Source: Ranitomeya imitator (lineage: Eukaryota). From it: 64,000 nucleotides of DNA. A program made the position numbers and the translations under genes. This document shows positions 38,001 to 47,800 of the stretch, one piece after another (positions within the stretch are counted from its first letter, which is position 1; every line of letters begins with the position of its first letter). The stretch lies in the NCBI RefSeq assembly GCF_032444005.1, contig NC_091289.1, positions 5,890,001-5,954,000 of the forward strand, in the 5' to 3' direction. The notes beneath the pieces were generated by a model, which was given only the letters and a program-made list of their open reading frames with translations, was not told the origin of the DNA and did no database searches.

Positions 38001-38866
38001 CTGCTGATGCTTCCCGGGGAGTTAGTGGGCGGGGCTTGGTGGTCCCAAGCCGGCATCAGGGAGAGGGGACTCCCTGACGCTGCAGGGGACCAGAGGTGTG
38101 CCTGGGCCGGCTGCCCACGCTGGCCCCCGATCCCCCCGAGCGGCTGACACGCCGCCGAGGGGACAGAGGCAGCGGGCGGCCCCCTGCCTGTCCCCACACT
38201 GCAGTGGGATTGCCGGGAGGAAGTGGGGCCGGAAGTGGGTGTGTCCCGCCCAGCCCGCACTGCACTCTGGGAGGCAGGGCGGGCCTGAACAGAATGAGAG
38301 GGCGGCGGGGGTTCCAATACGCGCGTCGGGCCCCGGGTTTCAGAGCGGGGACAGGAAGTGCAGTATGGAGCAGGCACCTGGCACCGGCGGGCAGCGGCGC
38401 CAGAAGCAAGCGCCGAGACGTCCGCCGCGCATCCCGGTGCCACACGTGGGGCAGAAGCACGGCAACTTAGCAGGGCCGGCTCCCCTCCGACACGTAGACG
38501 CACGGGAGGACGGGAAGACCGCCCCGAACGTCTGCCCTGGGGCACCGCTGCGGCCCGGTCAGCCGGAGCGCCGGGGGCTAGTAGCGGGAGCCCCGGACGA
38601 CCGGAGTCTGCAGAGGCAGGGGCCGATACGATGAGCCGGTGAGTGGGGGTTAGTAGCGCTGGGGAGACAGGAGAGGACGAGGCCCCAGGAGGGGGGGTGT
38701 GCAGGGATGGAGCCCTGGGGGACGACGGGGAGGCCTGAGGGGAGGCTAGGGGGTGAGGAGAGGGCACAGGAAGGTGAGCGCCCAGACCAGGATTAGGGGA
38801 TCGCAGCCATTGCTCACCTTCCTGTGCAGCTCCCTGCTGTAGGGCCTCGGTCGTAGGGGCAGCCAT
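35030..38866 (-). CDS. Gag-tyrosine recombinase fusion ORF (1278 aa from ATG 38866)
   Basis: Low-complexity N-terminus, then a DIRS/Ngaro Gag core (YVDIWSLL...NWLQAFAV...WKRYDEEFR...CLLFNDGYC...CKYRHECSSCGGGHPAARC). It is followed by a YR with the full catalytic set: GALRISELV (R), RSKCD (K), GTHSFRIGAAT (HxxR), MGRWKS (W), ARYIRP (Y). No stop codon. Confidence 0.88.
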   Translation of the reverse strand: MAAPTTEALQQGAAQEGEQWLRSPNPGLGAHLPVPSPHPLASPQASPSSPRAPSLHTPPPGASSSPVSPALLTPTHRLIVSAPASADSGRPGLPLLAPGAPADRAAAVPQGRRSGRSSRPPVRLRVGGEPALLSCRASAPRVAPGCAADVSALASGAAARRCQVPAPYCTSCPRSETRGPTRVLEPPPPSHSVQARPASQSAVRAGRDTPTSGPTSSRQSHCSVGTGRGPPAASVPSAACQPLGGIGGQRGQPAQAHLWSPAASGSPLSLMPAWDHQAPPTNSPGSISSTVLAGGAPTRQIGRGGASKTALTSPPSQVPPRCAAASPASPGLQHRGPLASPLLVRRVTQAGTSALPVRGGGRSGARATNTAAERDDWSIQTDQHAPRPGMYAPSTHTVAPNTNTAALNYAPPTPPCSQTLIADSSLSVPALLRSPYCGASLTVTAPSPALPPAPPLTPHGQGNVPPTPEVNAPNATPRQGDRRHRCRRSSSPSSVDSHHRPRCPSSCRYSHSRSRHHSYRSRRSHHRSRSSRWRSPSTTGSDTSGSYNGQYRSHAERRQSHRTPRAGTRWEQTLTPPVTDQAEIGAPIASHPRADDRGHPSRAPSWADARGDTPYIPPRSTSQHRTIETIEAGEPPSPGDARHQTQCSRIHPRATALAAGLPSSSSWAGGQHQDSATAGARVPPSGDTRPASDSGEFLDVGERSTIQNVGESELAAAIKTLVQQLTRPGVPTDTSTTQAASLHKDAFFCGVSPLGAHVELETRQKIWDNGYVDIWSLLSADQQSVDKERRVGERLQDRSKPKIAQTMNNWLQAFAVLGCIMGQKHPERCSELFIYQDLIYNSYKCHSGAAWKRYDEEFRRRLAMQPDLGWGVKATDVWLRLMLSQKQPPSSAATTYHSTAAGQNTVVVRGPGACLLFNDGYCRFQGSCKYRHECSSCGGGHPAARCTRQSNRAPARFKGIQTLPPQGANVGPAVSSFPLGHGGQSLMPLIRASVTPATWQVYGKAWEEWCSLTQGRPVDRCDRARCDVLVELLEKLRRGGASGTLAQRHLSGIAFFFQLLGWVDVTKYFFIREAVKGWRRRQPSQECRRPVSLRLLADIIAISSSVCKSQYEATLISAAFAIAFFGALRISELVPQSKSASVGGLINEDLVICSEALRIRVRRSKCDPTGRGTWVLVKASGVPICPVKIVKNYALVRRPGRFFLSHTDGSPLTKYQFQAIFRQCLEALGVAPKEYGTHSFRIGAATEAARAGVSEVEVQRMGRWKSACFARYIRPDLL

Positions 38867-39091
38867 GGTGGTCAGGAGATCAGGGACGACAACAGCTTCC
38901 AAGGGTCAGCCGGGAAGAAAGAGGGAGAACCTGGCCCGGTCACTGGAATTTAACCCCTGAGGGTGTGGCCAGACTCACCTCTTCTCCCCGGTTGGTCCGC
39001 TGGGCGTCCCAATCATGACCTCACCTGGGGAGGTAGTGGGAGGGGGGAACTGGGCACTGCACAGATTTCCCCTCTAGCTATCCCTTAGGGG

Positions 39092-42075
39092 CTCAGCAGT
39101 ATCACACAGGAGAGGATTAGATACACAGCTCAGCAGTATCACACAGGAGAGGATTAGATACACAGCTCAGCAGTATCACACAGGATAGGATTAGATACAC
39201 GGATCTGCAGTCATCACACAGGAGAGGATTAGATACACGGATCTGCAGTCATCACACAGGAGAGGATTAGATACACGGATCTGCAGTCATCACACAGGAG
39301 AGGATTAGATACACAGGTCAGCAGTCAGTATCACACAGGAGAGGATTAGATACACAGCTCAGCAGTATCACACAGGAGAGGATTAGATACACGGATCTGC
39401 AGTCATCACACAGGAGAGGATTAGATACACGGATCTGCAGTCATCACACAGGAGAGGATTAGATACACAGGTCAGCAGTCAGTATCACACAGGAGAGGAT
39501 TAGATACACAGCTCAGCAGTCAGTATCACACAGGAGAGGATTAGATACACGGATCAGCAGTCAGTATCACACAGGAAAGGATTAGATACACGGCTCAGCA
39601 GTCAGTATCACACAGGAAAGGATTAGATACACAGCTCAGCAGTCAGTATCACACAGGAAAGGATTAGATACACGGCTTAGCAGTCAGTATCACACAGGAG
39701 AGGATTAGATACACGGCTCAGCAGTCAGTATCACACAGGATAGAATTAGATACACAGCTCAGCAGACAGTATCACACAGGAGAGGATTAGATACACAGCT
39801 CAGCAGACAGTATCACACAGGAGAGGATTAGATACACAGCTCAGCAGACAATATCACACGGGATAGGATTAGATACGGCTCAGCAGTCAGTATCACACGG
39901 GATAGGATTAGATACACGGCTCAGCAGACAGTATCACACAGGAGAGGATTAGATACACGGCTCAGCAGACAGTATCACACAGGAGAGGATTAGATACACG
40001 GCTCAGCAGTCAGTATCACACAGGAGAGGATTAGATACACGGCTCAGCAGACAGTAACACACAGGAGAGGATTAGATACACAGCTCAGCAGACAGTATCC
40101 CACAGGAGAGGATTAGATACACGGCTCAGCAGACAGTATCACACAGGAGAGGATTCGATACATGGCTCAGCAGACAGTATCACACAGGAGAGGATTAGAT
40201 ACACGGCTCTGCAGTTAGTATCACACAGGAGAGGATTAGATGCACGGCTCAGCAGTCAGTATCACACAGGATAGGATTAGATACATGGTTCAGCAGACAG
40301 TATCACACAGGATAGGATTAGATACACGGTTCAGCAGACAGAATCACACAGGATAGGATTAGATACACGGCTCAGCAGACAGAATCACACAGGATAGGAT
40401 TAGATACACGGCTCAGCAGACAGAATCACACAGGATAGGATTAGATACATGGTTCAGCAGTCAGTATCACACAGGATAGGATTAGATACACAGTTCAGCA
40501 GACAGTATCACACAGGATAGGATTAGATACATGGCTCAGCAGACAGTATCACACAGGTTAGGATTAGATACATAGTTCAGCAGACAGAATCACACAGGAT
40601 AGGATTAGATACACAGCTCAGCAGTCAGTATCACACAGGATAGGATTAGATACATGGCTCAGCAGACAGTATCACACAGGATAGGATTAGATACATGGCT
40701 CAGCAGTCAGTATCACACAGGATAGGATTAGATACACGGCTCAGCAGTCAGTATCACACAGGATAGGATTAGATACATGGCTCAGCAGACAGTATCACAC
40801 AGGATAGGATTAGATACACAGTTCAGCAGACAGTATCACACAGGATAGGATTAGATACATGGCTCAGCAGACAGTATCACACAGGTTAGGATTAGATACA
40901 TAGTTCAGCAGTCAGTATCACACAGGATAGGATTAGATACATGGCTCAGCAGTCAGTATCACACAGGATAGGATTAGATACACGGCTCAGCAGTCAGTAT
41001 CACACAGGATAGGATTAGATACATGGTTCAGCAGTCAGTATCACACAGGATAGGATTAGATACACAGTTCAGCAGACAGTATCACACAGGATAGGATTAG
41101 ATACATGGCTCAGCAGACAGTATCACACAGGTTAGGATTAGATACATAGTTCAGCAGACAGAATCACACAGGAGAGGATTAGATACATGGCTCAGCAGTC
41201 AGTATCACACAGGATAGGATTAGATACACGGCTCAGCAGTCAGTATCACACAGGATAGGATTAGATACATGGTTCAGCAGTCAGTATCACACAGGATAGG
41301 ATTAGATACACAGCTCAGCAGTCAGTATCACACAGGAGAGGATTATATACACAGCTCAGCAGACAGTATCACACAGGAGAGGATTAGATACACGGCTCAG
41401 CAGACAGTATCACACAGGAGAGGATTAGATACACAGCTCAGCAGTCAGTATCACACAGGATAGGGTTAGATACATGGTTCAGCAGTCAGTATCACAGGAT
41501 AGGATTAGATACACGGCTCAGCAGTCAGTATCACACAGGATAGGATTAGATACACGGCTCAGCAGACAGTATCACACAGGAGAGGATTAGATACACGGCT
41601 CAGCAGTCAGTATCACACAGGATAGGATTAGATACATGGTTCAACAGTCAGTATCACACAGGATAGGATTAGATACATGGTTCAGCAGTCAGTATCACAC
41701 AGGAGAGGATTAGATACACGGCTCAGCAGTCAGTATCACACAGGATAGGATTAGATACACGGCTCAGCAGTCAGTATCACACAGGAGAGGATTAGATACA
41801 CGGCTCAGCAGTCAGTATCACACAGGATAGGATTAGATACATGGTTCAGCAGTCAGTATCACACAGGAGAGGATTAGATACATGGTTCAGCAGTCAGTAT
41901 CACACAGGAGAGGATTAGATACACGGCTCAGCAGTCAGTATCACACAGGAGAGGATTAGATACACGGCTCAGCAGTCAGTATCACACAGGATAGGATTAG
42001 ATACACGGCTCAGCAGTCAGTATCACACAGGATAGGATTAGATACACGGCTCAGCAGTCAGTATCACACAGGATG
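39092..42075. repeat. 41-bp satellite, right arm (~73 units)
   Basis: Same family as 29055-33562, with different variant units (37-bp units, ggatctgcagtcatc, catggttcagc). Confidence 0.97.
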
Positions 42076-42652
42076 GGGATATTGCAGGGTTCAGTATCAG
42101 AATAAATAAATGAATGAAAACCGGATTTATAAACATTAGATTGTTACGATTCCATTGATCCCGTTGTCGTCCGCCATGTTGGATTTGGTCGTTAATGGTC
42201 GGTCAGCAGGGCGGCTCCTGACATTTTCTAGTCGCGACCGCTGTGCGGTTTCTGCTTCTTGCCCGAGTCGTCCATCGCGGGGATCAGGACTTATTATCAG
42301 GGTGTGACGCCGGCTCCTCGTAGCTTTACAATTAGCTTTATACTGAACGAAATCCATCAGCAGCAGAGTCCAGAGGTGCAAGCACTGATACAGTGTAACA
42401 CAAACACTATTTGTATTGATGACGTCACCAATTTTCTAAGTAAATCTATTTGTAAAGATGCTATTGACATGAAATTCTCCCCATATGTCGGTAATATCCT
42501 GTCCGATCCACCCAGGAAAGAAATCACCAGATATGTCCATAAGTTGTGTGCAATAATGAGAAATTATAAAGGGAAAAGGTATTGCACACACTGACATTTA
42601 TTTAATACTTTGTATAAAAGCCTTTCTTTTATTGGTGATGAAGCTTCTAGAC

Positions 42653-42814
42653 CAGGGATCCCCAACTCCAGTCCTCAAGGCCCACCAACATGTCATGTTT
42701 TCAGGATTTCCTTAGTCTTGCCCAGGTAATAATTGCATCACCTGTTCAATGCAAAGGAAATCCTGAAAACATGACCTGTTGGTGGGCCTTGAGGACTGGA
42801 GTTGGGGACCCCTG
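42653..42814. mobile_element. hAT (Charlie-type) MITE nested in the Tc1
   Basis: ~55-bp TIRs cagggatccccaactccagtcctcaaggcccaccaaca... / ...tgttggtgggccttgaggactggagttggggacccctg. Perfect 8-bp TSD TTCTAGAC at 42645-52 and 42815-22 (NTCTAGAN consensus). Confidence 0.92.
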
Positions 42815-43409
42815 TTCTAGACGTCTCCTGGAGAAACTAGTCGCAGACATTGCTCAGGTGAGATTTTGGCCCATTCTTCCACACAAACACTCGTCACATC
42901 CTGAAGTTTCCATGGCTCCTTCTATGAACGCTGATTCTTTAGTTCCTTCCATACATTTTCTACAGGATTCAGATCTGATCTGTTCGGCCATTCCAGCAAA
43001 TTTACGTTCTTCTCTGAAACCAGTTGGAAGCTTCTTTGTGGTGTGTTTGGGATCATTGTCTTACTGAAGTGTCCACCAACGTTTCATCATCTTGGTAGAT
43101 GGCAGCAGATTGTTATCCAGAATGTCTCGGAACATTTGTCCCTTCAGCCTTCAATGACAAAGTTTGCCAGAGCTGAAAATAAGCAGCACACCATGAAGTT
43201 CGCACCTCCAAGCTTCACTGTTGGTGTTTTTGGGGCGATCTGCAGTGCCTTTTGGCCTCCAAACATGTGTTATGGCATTCCAAGAGCTTAATTTGGGTCT
43301 TTTCTGACCAGACTATATTTTCCCAGTATTTAACAGAATAGTCTAAATGTTGTTCAGCAAGCTGTAAACGTGCTTAACATGCTTTTAGTTCAGCAATGGA
43401 GTTTAGTGT

Positions 43410-43625
43410 GGTGAGCGTGCATACAGGCCATAGAGGATGCATAGTGAGCGTGCGTGCAGGTCGTAGAGGATGCACAGTGAGCGTACGTGCAGGTCGTAGA
43501 GGATGCACAGTGAGCGTGCGTGCGTGCAGGTCGTAGAGGATGCACAGTGAGCATGCGTGCAGGTCGTAGAGGATGCACAGTGAGCATGCGTGCAGGTCGT
43601 AGAGGATGCACAGTGAGCGTGCATT
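43410..43625. repeat. ~33-bp tandem repeat (~6 units) inside the Tc1
   Basis: Unit gcaggtcgtagaggatgcacagtgagc(a/g)tgcgt. Confidence 0.9.
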
Positions 43626-44850
43626 AGTTTTTTGTGAAACAATTGTACCTGTTTCACACGTCTTTCTGTAGGTTTCCACAGTTGGTCCGTGGCTCTCAGC
43701 CAACTCGTCTGATAATTCTTTTAACTCCTGTCTGAAATCTTGCAGGGAGCATCTGGTCATGGTTGGTTTATGGTGACATGATGTTCTTTCCACTTCCAGA
43801 TTATGGCCCCAGCGGTGCTCAGTGGACCGTTCAGTAGTTTAGAAATTCTTCTGTAAACAATGTTATTGGGATGTTTTGCAACAATAAGGTTGTGACGGTC
43901 TTGAGACAGCTCGCTGGTGTTTCTTGTGTGGCCCCTTGGTAATGAGACTCCTTTTTATCGGCCATCAGTTGAACCAGCTGATATTATTTGTCACCGAGTG
44001 GCAGGATTGCTTCCTAATTACTGCTAGATCACAGCAGATACCAGGAGTTTTCAAAAACTTTTTGCTCCTCTCGCTCTTCTAGGGATCAAAACTTTTCCCC
44101 CTGTGTCATTTCTCATTATTGCACATCATTTATGGACACCTATGGTGCTTTCTTTCCTGTGTGGATTGGATGTTACCAACATCTGAGGAGAATTTCATGT
44201 CAATAGCATCTTTAGAAAAACAATTACTTAGAAAATTGGTGACGTGTCCAATATTTATACCACTGTATATAGCGATCCCTTTAGGTCAGTCCTGACTGTT
44301 ATTCTTGCATTCTCTTATGGACTGGACGATCCCTGCATCACATTACTGCTCTATTAGTGCATCACAGCCCAGCAACATCCTGTGTTTCCATCTGTCACCA
44401 GCTCTGCTTGCAGGCAGTGAATAGGATTATTCTTGGTAACACTGGGCAGGATTCCTCCTGGATGTGCAGCCGTTCTGGGGGCACAGCACTTCCTAACCTG
44501 TTGCTCTCAGGTTGTTACATGATCTCCGCTGTTCTTTTGATCCCAGGTTTGGAGATCACTGCTGCAGACAAAGCCCTGACCCAAACCATTAGAGCGTACC
44601 GGCGCTGATACAATGTAACAGATTTCTGTCTGTGTCAGTCCTCACTGCTGCTCTGCAATCCGTCCATGAATTGTCGATGGCGGACGCCCACCACACATGA
44701 CGGCGATGTGTAACAGTAAGAAATATAGAGACTTTATTAAAAGACATAGGCAGATACGATACTCCGAGGACAGTGACCACCGTACTATGTAGTGTGTGAC
44801 ATTCAGGACTATAGAGCGGCTCCGCGGCGCCCCCCGGGGTGGGCTCTGTG

Positions 44851-47800
44851 TTATGCGCTCACAGATACCACTTTGCTTAGACCGGAGAAGTAGGATTTCT
44901 CACGCTCGCTCATCACCTCGAAGTGCAGCGGCTGCCGGCAGAAGTTACACTCGGCCGTGGAGTGCGGCTTCAGGTCCAGACCAACCTCCTTCCAGGTGAT
45001 CAGCAGCTTCTCTGTGGAGGGAGACAAAAGGAAAAGCTCAGGGATCGATCCCGAGAAGATCTGCACTCAGCCATTATCTACGCAGCTACGTCCTGAGTGT
45101 AAGATTCACAGCCGGAGAGAAGGTGGGAAGCCCAGAGTAGGGGGTCTGGACTGCTGGGACCCCCAGCAAGCAGAGGGGGTGAGGGTCCGCACTATTCATT
45201 GTCTATATGAGCTTTGTCCAGACTGATCTCTGGCCATCCCATAAATAATGAATGGAGGTAAAGCATGTGCACCCCCCTCCCCTCACTGGGGGTCCCAGCA
45301 GTCAGGTCTCTATGAACAAGGGATACTTTCCAATTTGGGGAATATCCCTTCAATGAAAAAAGGCCAAAACCCACTGTAACCTTATCCTGTACACACAGCT
45401 GTAGGTTTGTGACAATGTATCTGTGCGGCATAGATCTGTCCTGATCACTACACGGATGCGCCGAGGCCATAAAGCTACAGGTTTTACAGGGTCCTCTGCC
45501 CGCTACCACCTCTTATGGATGAACGCTGTGGTTGTAGTGATACAATGTAACAACTTGTGTCCCGTGCAGGAACCCAGTGAGATCTCTCTGCTCTAGGAGC
45601 GCAGGTTTCGACAGGACCCACACCCGGCTCATCCCCTCCGCTCCTATGAATAATACTTAGACTTGGGAGGAGCGTGCCTTTAAGACAATAGTACATACCC
45701 AAGAAGTAGCTCATCATCTGGGGCGTGTGGTGCGGGGTGGGTGCGATCCGCAGCAGCTCCTCTCCACGTGGGACCGTGGGGTAATTAATCGCCTGGACGT
45801 AGATATCGTATTTACTCATCAGCTGGTCGCAGATTTCTGTATTTTTGGCAGCGTCTGCAACCTGGAGGCGAAAATGAAACATGATCATCCGATACTCCGG
45901 CACCGAATGATCCCATTCATGCTGGATTAAAGGACTTTAGGTAACATGTTCCCACTAGCCCCCATGGACCTGTACACTGGGTGCATACTAGAGCCCTGAT
46001 CCCAGTAGATTGCTAATGCTCAGATATTCTGGATTATCGGACGCCGGGCTTTGCCCAATAGTCCGCAATCACCGCTCTCAGTCTTGTGCTAACTTGTATC
46101 CTGTAACTGGGATTAGCTGATGAATACCCGGAGCGGCGCCACCCCGGACACGGTAGTCAGCCTCCCACCACCGCTCCGCCCTGGACACGGTGCCTCACTG
46201 GACACGGTAGTCAGCCTCCCACCACCGCTCCGCCCTGGACACAGTGCCTCACTGGACACGGTAGTCAGCCTCCCACCACCGCTCCGCCCTGGAAACTGCG
46301 CCACCCTGGACACGGTCTTCAGCCTCCCACCACCGCTCCACCCTGGACATTGTGCCACCCTAGACACGGTGCTCAGCCTCCCACCACCGCTCCACCCTGG
46401 ACACGGTAGTGAACCTCCCACCACTGCCTTGTACTGGACATGGTGCCACCCTAAACACAGTGCTCAGCCTCCTACCACTGCTCCACCCTGGACATGGTGC
46501 CACCCTGGACATAGTAGTCAGCCTCCCACCACCACTCTACCCTGGACATTGTGCCACCCTAGACACGGTGCTCAGCCTCTTACCCCCGCTCCGCCCTAGA
46601 CATGGTGCCACCCTGGACACGGTGCTCAGCCTCCCATCACTGCTCCACCCTGGCCAGTCCTTACTCTGATAGGGATGATATGGCTGGGGCAGTGCACCAC
46701 AGGGAGCCCGGCGTCCATCAGCATCTGCCGCAGGAGCTTGACGTTGCGCTGATGCTGGCGCCTCAGGACCTGCCCTTCTTTGCTCTTCAGCACACGGACA
46801 GACGCCATGGCTCCGGCCAGCAGCATGGGCGGTAGGGAGGTGGTGAAGATGAAGCCGGCGGCATAGGAGCGGACCGTGTCGATCAGAGCGCTGGTGCTGG
46901 CGATGTAACCTCCGACGCAGCCGAACGCTTTGCCTGGAGAATAGACGCCGAGCGGTGAACTACGAGGATTCACATCAAATCTAGAAGATCTCCGCTTGCT
47001 GTTAATGAATGGACCATTTACCCAGAGTGCCGGAGATCATATCCATCTTACTCATGACTCCATCACGATCTCCGATCCCCCCGCCCCGGGCGCCATATAA
47101 CCCGACTGCGTGCACTTCATCCACAAACGTGATTGCTCCGTACTCGTGCGCCACGTCGCACAGCTCCTCCAGGGGGCAGACGGCGCCTGCAACAGTCAAT
47201 CGTTAACACATCAGAATAGACATCGACACAAGGAACAAAGGATTCATAAGAAGTTTTACACTCAATCAGAAGACGGCAGATAATGGTGACAAGTCTGCAA
47301 TATCGCCACCAAGTATTTACCGGGAACACGCCCCTCCCCGAGCGACCTGGCGCACACAGCGGCAATAGAGAATGTCCCCAGTAAGTTTATCATCTTCCCT
47401 CTCTGCATAACCCAAAACCTCCGACCTGCAGGATCCTACACGGAGCTCAGGATGCTGCCCTTCCCGTCGCTGGGACCCCCAGGATCCCGAGAACAGGGGT
47501 CTTAAAGTGGTAGTAAGCATGTGTGAACCCTGCGCCATTCACGGTGTATAATGGGGGGGTGCGGTGCTCCATTTATATAATACATGGGAGGGGGGCATAA
47601 GTTTGGGGTGGTCTTAGCAGCCAGAACCTCCAGCAATCGGTAATGTCTATGGGACAAATACTTTAATAAAATATAAAAGCAACTGTGTAACCCACTTTAA
47701 TTTCTTACCAATGCAGCATCACTGCTTGCTGTCAGTGAACGTTAAGCTCTCTAGGTTAGATTTACCTGCACAAATACGATGTTGCATTTGCATCCAGTTT

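Larger units (their letters stand above)
33560..39094 (-). mobile_element. Ngaro-type (DIRS order) tyrosine-recombinase retroelement with split direct repeats, lacking RT/RNase H
   Basis: Minus-strand order: A1 (39094-38888), Gag/YR ORF, SGNH ORF, B1 (34392-34159), A2 (34118-33912), B2 (33796-33560). The A copies differ at ~4 of 207 nt; the B copies at ~7 substitutions plus small indels over ~235 nt. Flanked on both sides by the 41-bp satellite. Confidence 0.92.
42391..44265 (-). mobile_element. Decayed Tc1/mariner transposon
   Basis: TA|cagtg ... cactg|TA ends. Long inverted repeats share cgtcaccaattttctaagtaa...taaagatgctattgacatgaaattctcc. The interior resembles antisense Tc1 transposase (ttggcccattcttcc, gtgtgtttgggatcattgtc) but has no intact ORF. 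Confidence 0.82.

Noticed and set aside
38867-38902. ORF-track start at 38902 for the 1290-aa ORF
   Set aside because: It is a TTG lying in repeat A1. The ATG at 38866 has a good Kozak context (accATGg) and is preferred.
29055-42075. CRISPR-like regular repeat arrays
   Set aside because: Head-to-tail tandem units without unique spacers, no cas genes, and a vertebrate context.
47502-47700. TTAA-flanked Kolobok/T2-type MITE (ttaaagtgg...ccactttaa)
   Set aside because: Only 5 bp of TIR beyond TTAA, too weak to call.
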